Below, one piece after another: positions 27,118-32,000 of a DNA stretch of 32,000 nucleotides (its first letter is position 1; every line of letters begins with the position of its first letter). Position numbers and translations under genes: made by a program. Source of the DNA: an uncultured Chloroflexia bacterium (GTDB lineage: Bacteria > Chloroflexota > Ktedonobacteria > Ktedonobacterales > JADMIN01). Below the pieces are notes generated by a model. The model was not told where the DNA came from, ran no database searches, and worked only from the letters and a program-made list of their open reading frames with translations. Location of the stretch: assembly GCA_963718915.1 (NCBI GenBank), contig CAVRAI010000004.1:360001-392000 (forward strand), written 5' to 3'.

Positions 27118-29648
27118 ACGGTCGCCAAAAGTGATGACCTTGACGTTACAATAGCTAAAGATCTACTTCGGGTAATCCGAGAAATTTCTGATGAAAGGTA
27201 TCAATATGACATATTCAGAGCGATATTCAACTCGGCCTCAGATATATCGCATGAATATTGTATAGAAGCAGCCCGCGAATTACATCCAAGTATATTTGGC
27301 GTTGCTGCCTTGACCGAGATAGCTGCAAACAGCGAAACAGAGCAGCAACGTCGGCTGATTAATGAGGTATTGGAACAGATCGCAAGATTATCCGAGCTTC
27401 GTGGATTTGCCCTTCTTTATCTACTCTTGCCTGCCATGAATAGGGTGCCTGTAAATGAATTTGCTCACGAATGATAGAAATTGCGTATGGGATTGAGAAC
27501 CGCGAGGAGCGTTTGGCATCACTTGCAGGTCTCCTTACTTTTACGTCGGTGAACTTGCTAGAGACTACGAAGAACACGTTAACAGAGTACCTGCCCCAGA
27601 GTTTTGACCCAGCTTTGCGCACTTTTATCATAGAACGTATGGCCTCGCAGTTAACGTCAGACATGGTATCGCATTCCCTCATGGCAGGCACAAGTAATTG
27701 GTTTGAAAGATTGGTTCATGATCGTGGGCTGCAACTTCTGATCTATGCGTGGGCATACCTCTGGCGAGATTTAGATCCCAAGGCGCAGCAAGAGTCACTA
27801 CTTCTTGCTCTTCGAGTTCCAGATATGCAAGCACGAGCACAAGCGGTAAGGCACCTCGCCAAATACCTGCCACATAATCTCATTGAGGCGGCATTGCACA
27901 GATCCACAAACTGAGAGATCAAGCCGATCTCGCCCAAATCCTTTCAGCGATTGCGCCTGATGTGCCTGTCGACCTGATGGATGACTTCTTAACCGCAATG
28001 CAGAGACTGAATGGTGGCTATACCACCGATGATATCCTTGAAGCTATTGCACCACGGCTGTCGCTTCAGCAGTGTGAGTTTGTCCTTGATCTCATTGATG
28101 GACTCGACAGATCGTACGACTCATGGGCGAAAGAACGCAATTTAAAAGCACTGGCGGTGTACCTTCCCGACACGCTAGTCGGACGAGCAGTCGAAATCGC
28201 CAATTCGATTCCAGAGCCATCGTTACGGGTAAATGTTCTACTGGCATTGGGTCACCTTCTTACGGCATCGCAATATGGCGAATTGCTAGACACTATCTCA
28301 GCAGCGGTAGGCGAGATCTACATGCCTGATGTCCTGAAACGCGTTGCGTCACATTTGCCGGAAGACTTTTTCCGCGATTCGTCAGTATATGCGAATCGGT
28401 AGATGAGTCCGAGGCGGTGGCAGATGCGCTCGCAGCACTTGCACCTCGCCTGACATCGACGGTCGGATGCAGCTCATTACTTTAGCCCGTAAACTTGTCC
28501 CAATACGAGCGCGCGTAAGGGCTTTGACACTGTTGTCGCCATACTCGACGGATGACCTGATGCTTGAGGCACTCACAATTGCCCGCACATCCGACAAACT
28601 AGACGACACGATTTATGCGTTGCAAATATTGGTGCCGCATGGTGGTGTTCAATGGGAGACAGAATGGCTAGGTTTGGTCATTGACTCTGCGCGTAAGGTG
28701 GGCCAGATTGATGACGGAGAATATGTTGACGAGTATGGGCGAGAACCTAGCCTCAGGCATTATGCTCCTGATCAGATACTCATGCAATTTCTGTTTGCCG
28801 TCGACCCCCGATTTCAGGGCGAATTGCTAACAGAATTGCTTCGTCAACTCCGATTGAGTGCTGATCAAACGCACTCGGCCGATGTCCTTATGCAACTTCT
28901 TGATTATTTGCCTGATGAGTTAATTAAGTCGAATCGTGCGGTATTCATCGAGATGACAAAGCACATCGCTGAGGATAGTTGGATTCAAACGTTGGAAAAA
29001 TATCAAGAGATATTGCCGGTTTCCGTCCTGAAGTGCGGTCTTGGCGCGACCTTGCGTCAAGGCGCTGGCAATAGGTTCTTCGGCGTCCAAGACGTACTTG
29101 ACCTTGCATTATCGGGGACTCCGATTTATCTATTGGGATCCTACGGTAAGAATAACGATCCGGTCGCAGGGGGGCCTGGAGATGTGCTTGCGTTGCTATA
29201 CAATTTCAACTTACTGCGGCCTCGTCGGCAACGCCGTCAAGTCACTGTGATGGTACCGCGTCTAGTTGCTGCAGGCCAGACGAGCCGCGTTCAGTTGAAC
29301 ATCGGACTAGCTGAGGGACAAAGCCGCATACAGCTGGTTCCCACGCGAACCATCCAATTAGTCGTCGAGATGCAATCTGGAGATTCTGCAATCCGTGTTG
29401 AAAATGGAAGAGTGCGATTGGTTGAAGTTGCCTGGGACAAGGACGTTTCGCCGCTATCGTTTGAGGTTTATGTGTCTCAGCTGGGCAGACACTCCCTGCA
29501 CATCAAGATCTCAAGTGGGCATGCTGAATTAGTCGTTCAGAAGGCAGACATTGAAGTTGTCCTCGACGCAGTAGAAGGCGCTTCGTCGGACGAATTCATA
29601 CTCACCCAGTCAGAGTTCAAAGTTGAACCTAAAGATGCTACTCGTTGA
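27118..29648 (+). pseudogene. Large alpha-helical-repeat (HEAT/ARM-like) protein with a beta-rich C-terminal domain, fragmented into at least 5 frame pieces; N-terminal part apparently missing
   Basis: The pieces are 27118-27474 (VAKSDDLDVTIAKDLLRVIREISDERYQYDIFRAIFNS...LLYLLLPAMNRVPVNEF), 27471-27914, about 27900-28402, about 28365-28455 (FVSICESVDESEAVADALAALAPRLT) and 28467-29648 (393 aa, the longest intact ORF). All share a recurring pattern of about 35-45 aa: L-x-A-L-A-P-x-L-P-x-x-L-x(6-10)-I-x-D-x(3)-R. The last roughly 130 aa (VTVMVPRLVAAGQTSRVQLNIGL...SLHIKISSGHAELVVQKADIEVV) alternate like a beta-sandwich. Confidence 0.55.
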
Positions 29649-29661
29649 TTTTCTCCATATA

Positions 29662-30300
29662 TTACTTGCCTTCAGGCTTAGACGCCAAAACGAAAGCAAT
29701 ACCATTAATGAGTGTGCTGAAAGCAATAAGTATGATATAAGCCGTGCTTAACCATGTCCAACCGAACGATCGTATCAGATATTGAGCAACTGAGAATTGC
29801 GCCACTGCCGGAAAAAGCAGCAAGGTGATTATTAGAATTGGCACGTTTGCAAGCCCCGTGAGGATCCGTACGAATCTCCCTTCCAGCCCTTCACCAATAT
29901 CCGTAATGACTGAGCTTATGTCAGGGTATTCCAATGGATGGGCTATCGCTTTATTGGAATATGGGTTTGGGTATCCAATGTCGAAATACAACTTAACAAT
30001 GATCCGGCGGAGCCGACGAAGGTGATTGGAGAGACCAACCAAATAGCTGAACAAAGCTGCGACAATGACAGAAAAGCCCAAAACTATCATCCACACAGGA
30101 ACATGAATTTCAAGTCCAGCAAGAGATAGCTGATTATCTGACTTTGCAATGCCAAACGACAGGAGGATTGTGATAGCGCTACAAACACACTGTAATAGAT
30201 AGGCTCTATTAATGCTTGTTCCGGTGGCTAGCATTGTTTCGTGGATGCGCTCGATGTAATGCAGGGTTAACTCACGCTCCTGAATTGGATATGAATTCAT
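29662..30300 (-). CDS. Orphan 4-TM membrane protein (212 aa), unknown function
   Basis: ATG at 30300 with AAGGTGA about 10 nt upstream. It has a soluble N-terminal helix of about 30 aa and four hydrophobic helices (AYLLQCVCSAITILLSFGI, VPVWMIVLGFSVIVAALFSYLVGL, ILTGLANVPILIITLLLFPAV, WLSTAYIILIAFSTLINGIAFVLA). It is convergent with the repeat gene, with a 13-nt gap. No family was recognised. Confidence 0.6.
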   Translation of the reverse strand: MNSYPIQERELTLHYIERIHETMLATGTSINRAYLLQCVCSAITILLSFGIAKSDNQLSLAGLEIHVPVWMIVLGFSVIVAALFSYLVGLSNHLRRLRRIIVKLYFDIGYPNPYSNKAIAHPLEYPDISSVITDIGEGLEGRFVRILTGLANVPILIITLLLFPAVAQFSVAQYLIRSFGWTWLSTAYIILIAFSTLINGIAFVLASKPEGK

Positions 30301-30447
30301 CCCGACCGCTCACCTTCATGAGTAGTTTCAGCCATATCTCAACTCCATTAGAATATGCGCGAGTGGACGCTACGCTATACAAGCTTAGCGTGTTATATCA
30401 TATTTATGCCTCAGGGAAACACGGAATCATGGTAGCTGACTATTCGC

Positions 30448-31920
30448 TTACAGCTTCGGGATGAGGGGACCGAACTGGTCCGCGGTGGGTTCCGCTCAGC
30501 AGAACCATGGCTCGCTTAGGTGGGGGACAGGTCGCCGTGCTCGCCGGAGCGTGCCGGTGGTGTCAGACATGCCTGCGCCCACCAGCGCCGGTTCACGCAC
30601 ACCCAGCCGCTCTGCTGCCAGGCGACGGATGGCGGCGAACGTCACCGCGATTGGCTCGCGCTGGCTGGCGGCGTGCTCGACCAGCGCCTGGACCTCGCGC
30701 TGCAACGCATCCATGCGCGGGTCGGGATGCTGCCAGGTGTAGCTGAGCGCCTCCTCATCCAACGGGCCGAGCCACCCTCGCCCAGCAGGGTCGTCCAGCA
30801 AGGCAGAGCTGGGCGGCACGAGCAGACGGATGGCGTACTGGATCGGGTCAACATGCTCCACCAGCCCATGTTCGGCGATGAAGTCCAGCACGTCAAGGTA
30901 GTCGCTGGCGGTGGTCCATGGCGTGAAGGCGACGAAGGTTGGGCGCATCGGGATGCCCGCGTCGTCCAGGATATCCAGCGCTTCGGCAACATCGGCGCGG
31001 CTATGGCCCTTCTTCAGATGGCGCAATACCCCCTCGCTCAGCGATTCGACTGCGGAGACGACGAAGGCGCAGCCGAGCGAGGCAAGCTCCGGGAAGATCT
31101 CGCGCCGTTCGAGAATGTGCTCGATCTTGATCGTCGCGTCGAAGGTCAGGTGTGGAAATTCGGCGTGCATCGCGCGGACAATCTCCAGTGAGTGGCGCGG
31201 ACCGTTGAGGAAGTCTGGGTCGCCGAAGGTGATATGCCCGACGCCAGCATGCGCCTGGGCGCGGATATCTTCGAGCACAAGCGGGCGCGGAATCGCGAAG
31301 AAGCGTCCGCCGTAGACGGGCGTGATCGGGCAATGGGCGCAGGTGTGCAGGCAGCCGCGCGTCGCTTCAACATAGCCCGCCGGAACGACCTCGTCGCCAC
31401 GTACCAGATAGGCGTAGGACTGCGGCGCGGGCAGCGTCTCGCGTTCGGGCGCGGCATACTCCAGCCGCCGCAGCACAGGCAGCGCATGATGGTCGCGCGT
31501 GCGCACGCCGGGTATCGTTTCGGGCGCGCTGCCCTGGTGCGATGATTCGAGCGAGTCGGCCAGCGCCAGCAGCGCCTCCTCATACTCGCCGCCGATGATC
31601 GAGTCGGCAACGGTGCGCAGCAGATAGTCGGCGTTGAGGGTGGCATAGAGGCCGTAGAAACAGATATGCGCGCTGGGATTGAGCGTTCGGACGCGCGCGG
31701 CGACATGCGCTCCCAGGCGCAGCGCGGTATGCATCGGCGCGGAGATGGCAACCAGTTTCGCCTGTGTGATAGCGTCATCGGATAGCTCGGAGACAGAGGT
31801 ATCGACCGCGACCGGCGAGAATCCGGCGCGGCGCAGAACCGCCAGAGGCGAGGCAAGACTGAGCGGCTGGTGACCCAGTTCGTAGCATGCTACCAGCAGG
31901 ATTGCGCCCGCTGCTCTCAT
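30448..31920 (-). CDS. B12-binding-like/radical SAM protein with a C-terminal C-U-A-E-P tail: CUAEP/CCAEP-tail radical SAM selenoprotein (TGA at 30496-30498 read as Sec)
   Basis: ATG at 31920. There is an N-terminal Rossmann-like B12-binding-type domain and a CxxxCxxC motif (ATRGCLHTCAHCP). The track ORF ends at TGA, but the minus strand reads TGC TGA GCG GAA CCC, which is C-U-A-E-P. It stays open to TAA at 30448-30450, giving ...SEPWFCUAEPTADQFGPLIPKL*, 490 codons. Confidence 0.8.
30467..30481 (-). promoter_or_regulatory. Candidate bacterial SECIS hairpin downstream of the in-frame UGA
   Basis: The RNA reads UGA GCGGAACCCACCGC-GGACC-AGUUC-GGUCC-CC. This is a 5-bp stem with a 5-nt loop containing GU, starting 14 nt after the UGA. 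A possible extra G-C pair lies beyond a C/C mismatch. Confidence 0.45.
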
Positions 31921-32000
31921 TTCTTCGCAGGAGCGGCAGGTGCGCCGCCCTTGCCCTTCGCGCCGCCGGCCCCCTCAGGAACCCAGCCCTCAGGCATCGC
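31917..32000 (-). CDS. 3' end of an upstream gene (partial), stop overlapping the radical SAM start (ATGA)
   Basis: The minus strand is open from the window edge: ...AMPEGWVPEGAGGAKGKGGAPAAPAKK*. TGA at 31917-31919 overlaps the ATG at 31918-31920. High GC makes chance open frames common, so this is tentative. Confidence 0.4.
   Translation of the reverse strand, partial: AMPEGWVPEGAGGAKGKGGAPAAPAKK

Larger units (their letters stand above)
26930..30447. other. AT-richer island (putative horizontally acquired segment) without recognisable mobility genes
   Basis: Hand counts of 60-nt samples inside the island gave 42% (27361-27420), 52% (28801-28860) and 38% (29701-29760) GC. Flanking coding DNA gave about 60% (31001-31060). 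The boundaries are approximate. No integrase, transposase, tRNA or flanking direct repeats were spotted. Confidence 0.55.

Noticed and set aside
30507-31873. Alternative-frame and antisense ORFs over the radical SAM gene (30520..31191, 30642..30992, 30911..31315, 31001..31333, 31146..31856 and others)
   Set aside because: These are shadow ORFs. Only the 30448..31920 frame carries the CxxxCxxC motif and a coherent domain order.
1-32000. CRISPR arrays, rRNA or tRNA genes, IS elements or integrases
   Set aside because: Visual scanning found no spaced repeat arrays, no tRNA-like T-arm consensus, and no transposase or integrase motifs in any track ORF. A tRNAscan/Infernal run would be needed to exclude small RNAs formally.

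Overview
High-GC bacterial chromosomal window, roughly 60-65% GC by hand counts of sample 60-mers. All calls come from reading the supplied six-frame translations and re-translating the DNA by eye. No searches were run. About 25 genes are recognisable. They include an HxlR regulator with a CatE-like VOC dioxygenase, a MATE exporter, dCMP deaminase, an MBL-fold hydrolase, an RlmD-like methyltransferase, an ECF sigma cluster, an MFS transporter, Mn-type SodA, RtcB, a SAM methyltransferase and two lipoproteins. Three things stand out.

1. Selenoprotein. The radical SAM ORF that the track ends at 30496 actually stops at an in-frame TGA. That TGA sits inside the motif Cys-TGA-Ala-Glu-Pro. The frame stays open for 15 more codons to TAA at 30448-30450, and a small hairpin follows the TGA. 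This fits a CUAEP-tail radical SAM selenoprotein with a candidate SECIS element.

2. Low-GC island. An AT-richer island lies at about 26.9-30.45 kb, with roughly 38-52% GC in sampled 60-mers. It holds a long alpha-helical-repeat gene with a beta-rich C-terminus, broken into at least 5 reading-frame pieces, and an intact convergent orphan 4-TM protein. It has no integrase, transposase or tRNA.

3. Gene decay. The 5 kb to the left of the island (22.0-26.9 kb) is a run of frame-disrupted genes: an SPFH/slipin gene, NfeD, a glutamine-synthetase-like gene with about 5 frame changes, and an amidohydrolase with about 3. rsgA and a DUF433/DUF5615 pair elsewhere are also broken, while several genes of about 1.3-1.7 kb are intact. 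Real decay and local assembly indels cannot be told apart from sequence alone.

No CRISPR array, rRNA or tRNA was seen.
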